DNA from: an uncultured Lentisphaeraceae bacterium
GTDB taxonomy: Bacteria; Verrucomicrobiota; Kiritimatiellia; RFP12; DVOR01
DNA length: 64,000 nucleotides
Assembly: GCA_949289005.1 (NCBI GenBank)
Contig: CASEMQ010000067.1
Span: 128,365 to 192,364, forward strand
Direction: 5' to 3'
The notes below the pieces were generated by a model. That model was given only the letters and a program-made list of their open reading frames with translations, did no database searches and was not told the origin of the DNA. Positions 53,201-60,903 of the stretch are shown here, piece after piece (the first letter of the stretch is position 1; every line of letters begins with the position of its first letter). Made by a program: the position numbers and the translations under genes.

Positions 53201-53995
53201 CCACTCCTGCTGCGTGTAGCGCAGCCGCTTCTCGTCCGTCAGCTTCTTCCCTGTGCTCACGCAGAGCAACACATCGTGCGCCTCGCCATCCTCCCTGTTC
53301 AGGAAGTGGACGTCGTTCGTGGCGATGACCGGAATGCCCAGGCGCTTCCCCAACTCCAATGTCCCGCGGATTACCGCCATTTGCCGATCGTACAGCTCCT
53401 TGCGCTCCTCCTCGCCGAAACCCCGCACTTCCGACTTGTGCAGCATCACCTCCAGATAGTAATCTTCGCCAAAGAGCGCCCGATACCACTGCGCCTCCGC
53501 CGCGGCCTCCTCCATTCGCCCTTCCGCCAACAACTGCGGCACAATCCCCGCCACGCACGCCGACGAGCAAATCAACCCCTCGTGATACCGCTCCAGCAAC
53601 TCCCGGTCGATCCTCGGCCGCCCGTAAAACCCCTCGATGTGCGCCAACGAGATCAGCCGCAACAGATTGTGATACCCCGTCAGATTCTTCGCCAGCAAAA
53701 TCAAATGGTTGCCGCTGCGCTCCGTGCGGTCATGCCGCCCCAAACGCGCCACATACGCCTCGCACCCCAAAATCGGCTTGATCCCCTCCTTGCGGCACGC
53801 ATCGTAAAACGCCTTCAACCCATACAGACACCCATGGTCCGTGATCGCGCACGCCCCCATCCCCAGCGCCTTCGCACGCTTCACCAATGCCGGCACCTGA
53901 CACGCACCATCCAACAACGAATAGCTCGTGTGAACATGCAAATGCACAAAAGGCGACTTCCCCGCCTCGGCACCCTCTTCCTTCGTCTCGCTCAT
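50252..53995 (-). CDS. dnaE: DNA polymerase III alpha subunit DnaE. The true start is internal at 53995; the 194 codons upstream in the ORF are Gly/Arg-rich junk.
   Basis: PHP domain FVHLHVHTSYSLLDGA, polymerase core and OB-fold. The protein is about 1248 aa. Confidence 0.9.
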   Translation of the reverse strand: MSETKEEGAEAGKSPFVHLHVHTSYSLLDGACQVPALVKRAKALGMGACAITDHGCLYGLKAFYDACRKEGIKPILGCEAYVARLGRHDRTERSGNHLILLAKNLTGYHNLLRLISLAHIEGFYGRPRIDRELLERYHEGLICSSACVAGIVPQLLAEGRMEEAAAEAQWYRALFGEDYYLEVMLHKSEVRGFGEEERKELYDRQMAVIRGTLELGKRLGIPVIATNDVHFLNREDGEAHDVLLCVSTGKKLTDEKRLRYTQQEWLKSYEEMCAALPESCREAIHNTVAVADKVEEYGLNSDPIMPKFPIPEAFGTEADYAACFPEAALREEFERYDKFDGYDKVLRIKLESDYLAHLTWEGAAKRWPGETLTPEIKERIAFELNTIKQMGFPGYFLIVQDYIAAARGMGVLVGPGRGSAAGSAVAYCLKITDIDPIRYDLLFERFLNPDRISMPDIDVDFDDLGRGRVLEWVTQKYGADHVGHIATFGIMAPKSAIKDVCRVLDYPLADANALAALVPDAPKITFAKALKGNPKLAEVLDGDDPMQRRILELAIRLEGTTRNIGVHACGIIISRDPLMETIPIMPTAGESLMTTQYDGHFVEPIGLLKMDFLGLKTLSVLKACLESIKESHGLDVDMDAIPIDDKETFALFSRGETDGLFQFESDGMKAHLRSLRPNRFEDLVAMNALYRPGPMDYIPSFIRRKHGEEKVAYDHPLMEQYLKDTYGVTVYQEQVMLLSRLLAGFTRGESDTLRKAMGKKQLETMEKLRVKFLDGCLKNPAYMEACQGEEDARKRAEKIWGDWTAFASYAFNKSHSVCYAYIAYQTGYLKAHYPADFMCAQISSEIGNFDKMPALVAAAADMGLRVLPPDVNASRCHFAPAGKDAVRFGLGAIRNVGEAAGDQIVAEREKNGPYKGLVDFCKRLCGAEAKAANDGKLLVTKRAVEALIRSGAMACFEGMTQGRLLAGIDFAFSRVAEADRDGASGQGSLFDLMGGEDAGGGLGEDLPDAPDRPEKERLQDERDLLGVYLTGHPVDRYRTLVRSFRTVSAEAFPRVKHNRDAVRVAGLLSNVRVALSKTTKRPWADLTVEDGTGSVKVLAFNDTYERNKEALVQDAPVLICGEAKFEEGRDPVIFAAEIHPLAEAPALFAKGLRILCRVDNDKPSAEKLGRLRDLFAAHPGGYPVTLMLDLPGGRRALLSPDATWAIDPTPDCLAAIETLWGRNAVNYDLRGDDIYSDPKRNRRRHFD

Positions 53996-54057
53996 GCCCC
54001 GCATTATAACAAATGTGCTCCGGCACGGCGCCCGCCGCGATCGGCAACCCCTCGCGG

Positions 54058-54792
54058 TCACCAAGCGCGACGAACGGAACGAAAGGTACGCCCCAGCACC
54101 TCCAATGCGTCGGCGCGAAGCGCCTGGTTGGGCAGGCGGAGCGCGCGTCGGTCGGCCTCGGTGAGCGCGTCTTCGCGAAAACGCAGGAAGATTTCCGGGT
54201 CTGGGCCGTAGACCTTGTCGCCCACCACGGGAAAGCCAAGCGAATGGAGGCTGGCGCGGATTTGATGCGTGCGCCCGGTCACCAACTCGGCTTGCAGCAG
54301 CGAGGTGCCCGCCCACGGCCCCTCGCCCAAGCGCTCGAACCATGTCGCCGCGCCCCGATCCGGCGCGAGCGGCGGCAAGTCGGGCGTGAGCGCGGCCTCC
54401 TCCAGGCGGCGCATGGAATAGACCGGCGGCGCGTTGACCCGGCAGACCCGCCCCGACGCGCAAAGCCGTCCCTCCGGGAACCGCCCCTCCACCACCACCA
54501 GATAACGCTTGCGTTTGGGTGCCTTGGCCAAACGCGCCGCCATCCGCGGATCCTTCGCCACCAACACCACCCCGCACGTCTCCCGATCCAGTCGCGAAAT
54601 CAGATGGATCGTGTTCCCCGGGCGATAGAGGCGGAGCAAGCGATCGAGCGTATGCAGGCGATAACTCCCGCTGGCGTGGACCGGCAAATCGGCCGGCTTG
54701 TCCACCACCAACATCCGCGCATCCTCGTAAAGCCAGCGGATGTCCGTATTGACGGGCGGGTCAAGGCGCACGCAACGCCTCGCTTGGGTCAA
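54058..54792 (-). CDS. RluA-family pseudouridine synthase
   Basis: Catalytic motif HLISRLDRETCGVVLVAK and LVTGRTHQIRASL. Confidence 0.8.
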   Translation of the reverse strand: MTQARRCVRLDPPVNTDIRWLYEDARMLVVDKPADLPVHASGSYRLHTLDRLLRLYRPGNTIHLISRLDRETCGVVLVAKDPRMAARLAKAPKRKRYLVVVEGRFPEGRLCASGRVCRVNAPPVYSMRRLEEAALTPDLPPLAPDRGAATWFERLGEGPWAGTSLLQAELVTGRTHQIRASLHSLGFPVVGDKVYGPDPEIFLRFREDALTEADRRALRLPNQALRADALEVLGRTFRSVRRAW

Positions 54793-56092
54793 TCGCCCCC
54801 AACCCCTCGCGCAATGCCAGCACCTCGCCGACCAAGAAGAGCGAACCGCAAATCAGCACCGTGCCCTGATTGTCCTCCGCCCAAGCCGTCGCCGCCTCCA
54901 CCCCCTCCTCCACCGAAGGCATCGCGATGGCCGCCGCGATGCCCGCCGCGGCCAATTCCGCCGCCAACGCCTCCGGCGCCAGACCACGCGGGTTGGTCAA
55001 CGGCACCGCCCACGCCGCCGAGACCAAAGGCGCGATTTCGCGCAGCGCCTCCCCCACCGCCTTGTCCGCGCAAAACCCACACACCAGCGCCACCCGGCGG
55101 CGAATGTGCATCGACTTCAACGCCTCGCGGAGCGCCCGCAACGCGTCCGGGTTGTGCCCACCATCCAGGAAGGTCGGCGGCGACTCCGAAATCAGCTGGC
55201 ACCGCCCCGGCCACGACACCGTGCGCAACGCCTCCGCGAACGCCTTCGGCGGCACCGGCAGCCCCTGCTCCCCCAGCCGCTCCAACGCGCACAGCGCCGT
55301 CGCCGCGTTCTCCACCTGATACGTCCCCGCCAGCCGCGTCAGCGCCGCCGGGTAAGCCCCCAACGGACTCTCGCACCGCAGCGTCTGCCCATGGATTGTC
55401 CGCCGGCTCACCGCCACGCGGATCTCCTCCGCCGCGTCATGGAACGGCGCCCCCAGCTCCGCCGCCCGCGCCGCGATTGTCGCCCGCGCCCGTGCGTCCA
55501 TCGCCCCCACCACCACCGGCCGCCCCGCCTTCACGATGCCCGCCTTCTCCCCCGCGATTGCCTCCAACGTCTCCCCCAAAACCGCGCAATGATCCAGCGC
55601 CACATGCGTGATTACCGAGGCCAACGGCGCCTCGATCACGTTCGTTGCGTCCCAACGCCCCCCCATCCCCACCTCCAGTACCGCCAGGCGCACCCCCGCC
55701 CGGCGGAACAACACAAACGCGCACGCCGTCAACGCCTCGAAAAAGGTCGGCTCCAGCCCCTCCCGCGCGCACGCCGCCTCCACCTCGTCCAACGCCCCCG
55801 CCAGCTCCGTGTCCGTCGCCTCCCGCCCATCCAACACAAATCGCTCGTTCACCCGCACCAAATGCGGCGACGTGTACCGCCCCACGCGCAACCCCATCGT
55901 CCGCAACGCCGCCTCGCAAATCGCCGTCACGCTCCCCTTGCCGTTCGTTCCCGCCACATGGATTGCCGCCAGCTCACGCTCCGGGTTCCCCAACGCCGCG
56001 CACAACGCGCGCATCGTCCCCAACCCCGGCCGTACCCCAAAACGCCGCCGCGCCGCCAAACGCCCCAGAAAATCCCGCATCGCGCCCTCCAT
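54761..56092 (-). CDS. folC: Bifunctional folylpolyglutamate synthase / dihydrofolate synthase FolC
   Basis: P-loop HVAGTNGKGSV in a Mur-ligase fold. It overlaps rluA by 32 nt. Confidence 0.85.
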   Translation of the reverse strand: MEGAMRDFLGRLAARRRFGVRPGLGTMRALCAALGNPERELAAIHVAGTNGKGSVTAICEAALRTMGLRVGRYTSPHLVRVNERFVLDGREATDTELAGALDEVEAACAREGLEPTFFEALTACAFVLFRRAGVRLAVLEVGMGGRWDATNVIEAPLASVITHVALDHCAVLGETLEAIAGEKAGIVKAGRPVVVGAMDARARATIAARAAELGAPFHDAAEEIRVAVSRRTIHGQTLRCESPLGAYPAALTRLAGTYQVENAATALCALERLGEQGLPVPPKAFAEALRTVSWPGRCQLISESPPTFLDGGHNPDALRALREALKSMHIRRRVALVCGFCADKAVGEALREIAPLVSAAWAVPLTNPRGLAPEALAAELAAAGIAAAIAMPSVEEGVEAATAWAEDNQGTVLICGSLFLVGEVLALREGLGAIDPSEALRAP

Positions 56093-56169
56093 TTTCCATC
56101 AAACGACAAAGGCACACCCGCCGCGCGGATGTGCCCCCGTCTGTCCGCACGCCAAAACGGCGCACAAAC

Positions 56170-56373
56170 TCACTTCGCGAACGTCGCGCGGGTCTTCTCA
56201 GGCGTGCGCAGATAATCGCGCACCTGGACCGCGTTCAGCTTCGAAACCACCGCGGGCTCCATGCCCAACGCCACCAAGCGCTTACGCTGAACCATGTCGC
56301 GACGGCGACGCTCGCCCGCCGCCTTCACCGGCCGGGTCGCGGGCTTCTTATTGAGGGTACGACCTGTTCCCAT
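56170..56373 (-). CDS. Small basic hypothetical protein of 67 aa
   Basis: A strong GGAGG ribosome-binding site lies 8 nt upstream of the ATG at 56373. The protein MGTGRTLNKKPATRPVKAAGERRRRDMVQRKRLVALGMEPAVVSKLNAVQVRDYL may carry a Rho-N/HeH-like helix pair; this is a weak call. Confidence 0.35.
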   Translation of the reverse strand: MGTGRTLNKKPATRPVKAAGERRRRDMVQRKRLVALGMEPAVVSKLNAVQVRDYLRTPEKTRATFAK

Positions 56374-56767
56374 TGCAAACCTCCGAAACGCTTTGTTCAA
56401 GGAATACGAAATGCCCATTACCATACCACACCCGCCCCTGCCCTGTCAATACTGCCCGGGGCCCTTGGCGTGCTTTGGAGCGTGTCCTTAAAAGAAAACC
56501 TAAGGCGGGGAGGACGTGGCCTGGCCGGTTGTGCGCCCGGCCGCCTGCGCATCGTCGGTGTCTTTGTGGCCCGAAGCATGTGCCATTTCCGCGGACGCTG
56601 TTGGACGCCATTGGGCTTTCCGTTCTCTGTCCGCGTGTTTGCCGTACAGGGCGAACCGAACGCACATAGCCCCTCCGCCGCCCCGCAGGGGCGCCCTGTT
56701 CACTGTCCTCTGCTCACTCATTTGCTATAATGCGCCCCGTCCGACACCCAAAACCGAAGGAGAAACC

Positions 56768-58285
56768 ATGGGACTTCACGATGCGCTGCTCGACGCCTGG
56801 GCCGACTTCAATGCCAACAAAATCACGCCGCTCCAGCTCAAGTCCGTCTCCTCCGGCTTCGGCATCTACCAGCAGAAGGACAATGCGGTGATGATGCGCA
56901 TCCGCCGTACCGGCGGCATCGTCGCGCTCGACGACTTGGAGACCATCGCCGGACTCCTTGCCAAGTATGCCATCCCTTACGCCCACATCACCACCCGCCA
57001 AGCCATCCAGCTCCACGGCGTGCGCCCCGACCAAGTGTCCGCCTGCCTGGCCGACTGCGAGGCCGCCGGCCTACACTTCCGCGGCGGCGGCGGCAACACC
57101 TTCCGCAACGTCCTCGTCAATGCCAACAGCGGCCTTCACCTCGACACCGTCTTCGACGTCTTCCCCTACGCCCGCGCCCTTGCCGACGCCTTCTATTCCT
57201 TCGACGCCGCCTACGCCCTTCCCCGCAAAATCAAGATCGCCTTCGCCGACAGACCGGCCGACCGCCTTCTCTGCGCCATCCAGGATCTCGGCTTCGTTGC
57301 CGTGCGCAAGGAAGGCCGCCCCTGCTTCGAAGTCTGGCTCGGCGGCGGAATCGGCAACAAGCCCCGCGTCGGCTTTCGCCTCTACGACGCCCTCCCGGCC
57401 GAGGAATGCATCCGCCTGGCCATGGCCGTGACCGACCTCTTCAACGAGCATGGCGACCGTGCCCACCGCGCCACCGCACGCCTCCGCTTCCTCCGCGACA
57501 CCCTCGGCGACGACGGCCTCGCCAATCTCGCCCGCGACTACTATGCGCGCCCCGTCACCCAAACCCGCCCCCGCTGCCCCGAAAGCGCCCTCGCGCCCGA
57601 GCGCTACCCCCTCACCGCCCTCCCCGACAATGTTTCCCCCCGCCCCGGCTTCGACGACTGGCAGGCCGTCGCCACCGAACCTCTTGCCGACGGCACCCAC
57701 GCCGTCCGCCTCTTTGTCCCCTTCGGCAACCTCCCCCACCCCATCCTCGTCCGCCTCAACGCGCTCCTCCGCCGCTTCGGCCTCACCCGCCTCCAGCTCC
57801 ACCAGGCCCAAGACCTCCTCATCCCCCGCATCCACACCGCCTGCCTCCCGGCCCTCCACGCCGCCATCGAGGAGACCTTCCCGGACTTCGACCTCACCCT
57901 CCGCTCCTACGTCGGCCACATCCCCACCTGCATCGGCAACACCGTCTGCAAAATCGGCGCCGCAGACTCCCCCCGCATCGGCGAACGCCTCGCCCACGCC
58001 CTTGACGCCTACCTCCCCGCCAACACCCCCCAACGCCAAGCCCTCGCCCGCCTCCTCACCACCGAGGTCCGCATCAGCGGCTGTCCCAACAGCTGCACCG
58101 CCCACCCCGCCGCCAAGTTCGGCTTCCAATGCCGCAAACTCGGCGGCCAAGACGTCCTCGTCCCCTTCTCCCCCGCCACCGCCGAGCCCCCCACCCTCGG
58201 GCAACCCCAGGCCACCCCCATCACCATCGCCGAGCTCCCCCTTTACCTCCTCGCCAACCTCGGCCTCACGCCAAGCGGGCGCTAA
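56768..58285 (+). CDS. NirA/Sir-like siroheme-[4Fe-4S] ferredoxin-dependent nitrite/sulfite reductase
   Basis: Two-half architecture. The C-terminal half carries CIGNTVC (C-x5-C) and CPNSCTAH (C-x3-C), the siroheme/cluster ligands. An extended -10 element TGCTATAAT lies upstream. Confidence 0.65.
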   Translation: MGLHDALLDAWADFNANKITPLQLKSVSSGFGIYQQKDNAVMMRIRRTGGIVALDDLETIAGLLAKYAIPYAHITTRQAIQLHGVRPDQVSACLADCEAAGLHFRGGGGNTFRNVLVNANSGLHLDTVFDVFPYARALADAFYSFDAAYALPRKIKIAFADRPADRLLCAIQDLGFVAVRKEGRPCFEVWLGGGIGNKPRVGFRLYDALPAEECIRLAMAVTDLFNEHGDRAHRATARLRFLRDTLGDDGLANLARDYYARPVTQTRPRCPESALAPERYPLTALPDNVSPRPGFDDWQAVATEPLADGTHAVRLFVPFGNLPHPILVRLNALLRRFGLTRLQLHQAQDLLIPRIHTACLPALHAAIEETFPDFDLTLRSYVGHIPTCIGNTVCKIGAADSPRIGERLAHALDAYLPANTPQRQALARLLTTEVRISGCPNSCTAHPAAKFGFQCRKLGGQDVLVPFSPATAEPPTLGQPQATPITIAELPLYLLANLGLTPSGR

Positions 58286-58331
58286 GCCCCCACCCGGGCG
58301 ACCGTGCACCCGCCCGGCACACGTTCACCCC

Positions 58332-58360
58332 GGCGCGCCACCCGGCGCGCTTTTTTGTTT
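58332..58360. terminator. Intrinsic terminator after the nirA-like gene
   Basis: gcgcgcc-accc-ggcgcgc followed by TTTTTTGTTTTT. Confidence 0.45.
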
Positions 58361-58530
58361 TTCCGCATAAGATATCGCCCTCCGCCTGCCAATATTAAAC
58401 AAAAACACGTCCCGCCGCGGGGCGTGCCATTCTTCTCACCTCATCCCAAACAAGATATAACCACGCCCCTCCCCGGGGCGTTTTTTTTTGCCGATCGCAT
58501 CATTCCTCTCCCTTGAATGGGGCGGCGGGG

Positions 58531-58570
58531 ACGAAAAAGCCCCGGGCGGAAGTGCCCGGGGCTTTTTCGT
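58531..58570. terminator. Bidirectional terminator downstream of ilvC
   Basis: aaaaagccccgggc ggaagt gcccggggcttttt. Confidence 0.45.
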
Positions 58571-58589
58571 GGGGTTGGGTGCGATGCGT

Positions 58590-59696
58590 TTAGTTCGCGC
58601 CACGCCCGCCGACGCCGGCCGCGGTGGCGGCGTTGGCCTTGGCGGCCTCGTGGGGGCGGAGGGAGCGGACGGCCTGGCCGGCGCGCCACATCTCGCTCTC
58701 GCGGATCTTGGCGAGTTTGGCCTCGAGGCGCTCCTTGTAGTCCTTGCGGCCGCAATCGCGGACGACGGCCTTGGCCTCGGTCATGTCGGCGACGGACTTG
58801 TAGAGTTTCTCGAAGACGGGCTTGGTGGCCTTCTCGAACTCGGGAGCCCACTTGAGGGCGCCGTGCTGGGCGGTGGCCGAGCAATTGGAGTACATCCAAT
58901 CCATACCCTTCTCGTCAACGAGGCGGATGAGGGACTGGGTGAGTTCCTCGACGGTCTCGTTGAATGCCTCGGAGGGGCTGTGGCCATGCTTGCGGAGAAC
59001 GGTGTACTGCGCGTTGAGGATGCCCTGGAGGCACCCCATCAGCGTACCACGCTCGCCGACGAGGTCGGAAGTGACCTCGCGCTGGAAGGTGGTGGGGAAA
59101 AGATAGCCGGAGCCAACGGCGATGCCGAGGGCGAGGGTGCGGTCGAGCGCACGGCCGGTGGCGTCCACGGCCACGGCGTAGGAGCTGTTGATGCCCACGC
59201 CTTCGAGGAAGTTGCGGCGGACGCTCGTGCCCGAGCCCTTGGGGGCGACCATAATCACGTCCACGCCCTCGGGCGCCTCGACGCCGGTGAGGTCGCGATA
59301 CTGCCAGCCGAAACCGTGCGAGAAGTAGAGCGCCTTGCCGGGGGTGAGATGCTTTTTGATTTGCTTGAAGACGGGCTTGATGGAGGCGTCGGAGGTGAGC
59401 ATCATGACGATGGTGCCCTTCTCGGCGGCTTCCTCAATCTCGAAGAGGGTCTTGCCCGGCACCCAGCCATCCTTGATGGCGCGTTGCCAAGAGGAATTGG
59501 GCTTGTCGCTCTTGCGTTGGCCGACAATGACGTTGATGCCGTTGTCGCGCATGTTGAGCGACTGCGCGGGGCCTTGCACGCCGTAGCCCAGCACGGCCAC
59601 CACTTCGTCCTTTAGCACCTTCTGAGCCTTGCTCAGTGGGAACTCTTTGCGCGTGGTGATGTTCTCGATCTCATCGGCGAATTTGATCTTTGCCAT
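58590..59696 (-). CDS. ilvC: Ketol-acid reductoisomerase
   Basis: LGYGVQGPAQSLNMRDNG is a NADPH-binding motif, and the C-terminal knotted domain is present. Confidence 0.9.
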   Translation of the reverse strand: MAKIKFADEIENITTRKEFPLSKAQKVLKDEVVAVLGYGVQGPAQSLNMRDNGINVIVGQRKSDKPNSSWQRAIKDGWVPGKTLFEIEEAAEKGTIVMMLTSDASIKPVFKQIKKHLTPGKALYFSHGFGWQYRDLTGVEAPEGVDVIMVAPKGSGTSVRRNFLEGVGINSSYAVAVDATGRALDRTLALGIAVGSGYLFPTTFQREVTSDLVGERGTLMGCLQGILNAQYTVLRKHGHSPSEAFNETVEELTQSLIRLVDEKGMDWMYSNCSATAQHGALKWAPEFEKATKPVFEKLYKSVADMTEAKAVVRDCGRKDYKERLEAKLAKIRESEMWRAGQAVRSLRPHEAAKANAATAAGVGGRGAN

Positions 59697-59812
59697 AGGT
59701 CTTCCGTTCCTTTGCGCCCGGCCCGAGGATGGGATGGGCTTGAATGGTTGAATAGTATAGGGCGTTGCGGTGCGCAGGTCAAGACCGGAAATCGCAAAAA
59801 CGCACCCAATCG

Positions 59813-59860
59813 CACAAAAAAGGCGGGGCGCCCGGCTCGGGCGCCCCGCCTTTTTTGTGC
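59813..59860. terminator. Bidirectional terminator downstream of the PEP-CTERM gene
   Basis: aaaaaaggcggggcgcc cggctc gggcgccccgccttttttg is a 12-bp stem. Confidence 0.45.
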
Positions 59861-59861
59861 C

Positions 59862-60515
59862 TCAATGGCGCCGCCGGCGCAACGCCAGCCCCGCCGCGCC
59901 AAGCGCCAAGAGCGCGAGGGCTGTGGGCTCGGGGATGGAATAGGCCTTCAGCTCGTCGGCCGTCAACGCGCCGATGTAGGTATCGAAGTCCGTCACGCTC
60001 CCCTCCAGCAACGTCAAATCCGTCATGTCGCCCGCCCAGTTGAACCCTCCGGTCGCGCTGATGGTATGGGTCGCAGGCGACTTGCCGTCCACGTAGAAAT
60101 CCACGCCAAAGCCCGATTGCCCCGTTTTGGAGACGGCGACGGTATGCGTGCCGGCGGTGACGTCCTCAACCAAAATGCTGTTGTTGGGGCTCCCATTGTC
60201 CTGGCCGTTCTGCCCCGTAACCTTGATTTTCAGGTCGCCACCCTCGATGAAGATGCGCACACGCTGGGTGGCGTCGCCGGTGCCCGCGCCCGTCATTTCC
60301 ATCAGCGTGCCACCGTTGGCAATGGTCTCCGCCGAGAGCGACACCTCCAGCACAAAGGAATAGGCTCTCGCCGAGCCCGAAAGCACGTTGCTTTCGTCCC
60401 CGCGCGTCCCGGAGAACGAATAGCCCTGCTCCGGCGCCCATTCCCAGCTCAACGAAACGGCTTGGGCGAGCCCAAAGAAACCCAAAGCGGCGACCGCCGC
60501 GGCAAACACTTTCAT
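59862..60515 (-). CDS. Secreted PEP-CTERM-anchored protein with a lectin-like beta-sandwich
   Basis: Signal peptide MKVFAAAVAALGFFGLAQA. The C-terminus IPEPTALALLALGAAGLALRRRRH is a PEP-CTERM signal. Confidence 0.75.
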   Translation of the reverse strand: MKVFAAAVAALGFFGLAQAVSLSWEWAPEQGYSFSGTRGDESNVLSGSARAYSFVLEVSLSAETIANGGTLMEMTGAGTGDATQRVRIFIEGGDLKIKVTGQNGQDNGSPNNSILVEDVTAGTHTVAVSKTGQSGFGVDFYVDGKSPATHTISATGGFNWAGDMTDLTLLEGSVTDFDTYIGALTADELKAYSIPEPTALALLALGAAGLALRRRRH

Positions 60516-60611
60516 GCGAACCTCCAATCGGTTGTGAACCATACGAATGACAATAGGCTAACATATCACCCCCCCCCGTCAAGCACTTATTCGCAGACGC
60601 CCAGCCTGGCG

Positions 60612-60790
60612 GCGGCAAAAACGATGCCAGCCTTGCCGCGACTGTCGATAACTTTGCGAAATCTGTTGAAAACCTGTTGAATCCGGGCGGAGCCCGGGAT
60701 GCCTCAGACCCCGCCTTTCAATCTATACGCGAGGTCATTCTCCGAGACACGGCGCATCCCGGGTTGAGACACGCCGCATCCCACCCCGGG
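60612..60790 (+). repeat. Copy D of the interspersed repeat in forward orientation. It lies in a divergent region between the PEP-CTERM gene and the parE-like gene.
   Basis: Conserved block gtcgataactttgcgaaatctgttgaaaacctgttgaa. The tandem direct repeat gagacacggcgcatccc / gagacacgccgcatccc is present. Confidence 0.7.
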
Positions 60791-60903
60791 CCACGCGCGG
60801 GCCCGATGGCCCCACCGCCCGCGCTTTCGGCAGGTGGGCGCGGCATGCCCATGTCACATCCGCACGACTTTGGTAAACTGTGCGGCAATTTTGAGGAGAT
60901 TTT

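Noticed and set aside
50462-54211. 1249-aa plus-strand ORF opposite dnaE
   Set aside because: Antisense shadow of dnaE; no motifs.
53996-54577. 194-codon N-terminal extension of the dnaE ORF; similar extensions occur for the transporter (11306..11674), GH20 (42556..42681), bglX (38373..38447), hisC (18335..18433) and the secreted protein (2971..3273)
   Set aside because: The extensions are low-complexity Gly/Arg/Pro-rich and precede clear canonical N-termini (PHP motif, signal peptides, NSS motif). In two cases they overlap neighbouring genes or repeat copy A. True starts were taken at the internal Met codons.
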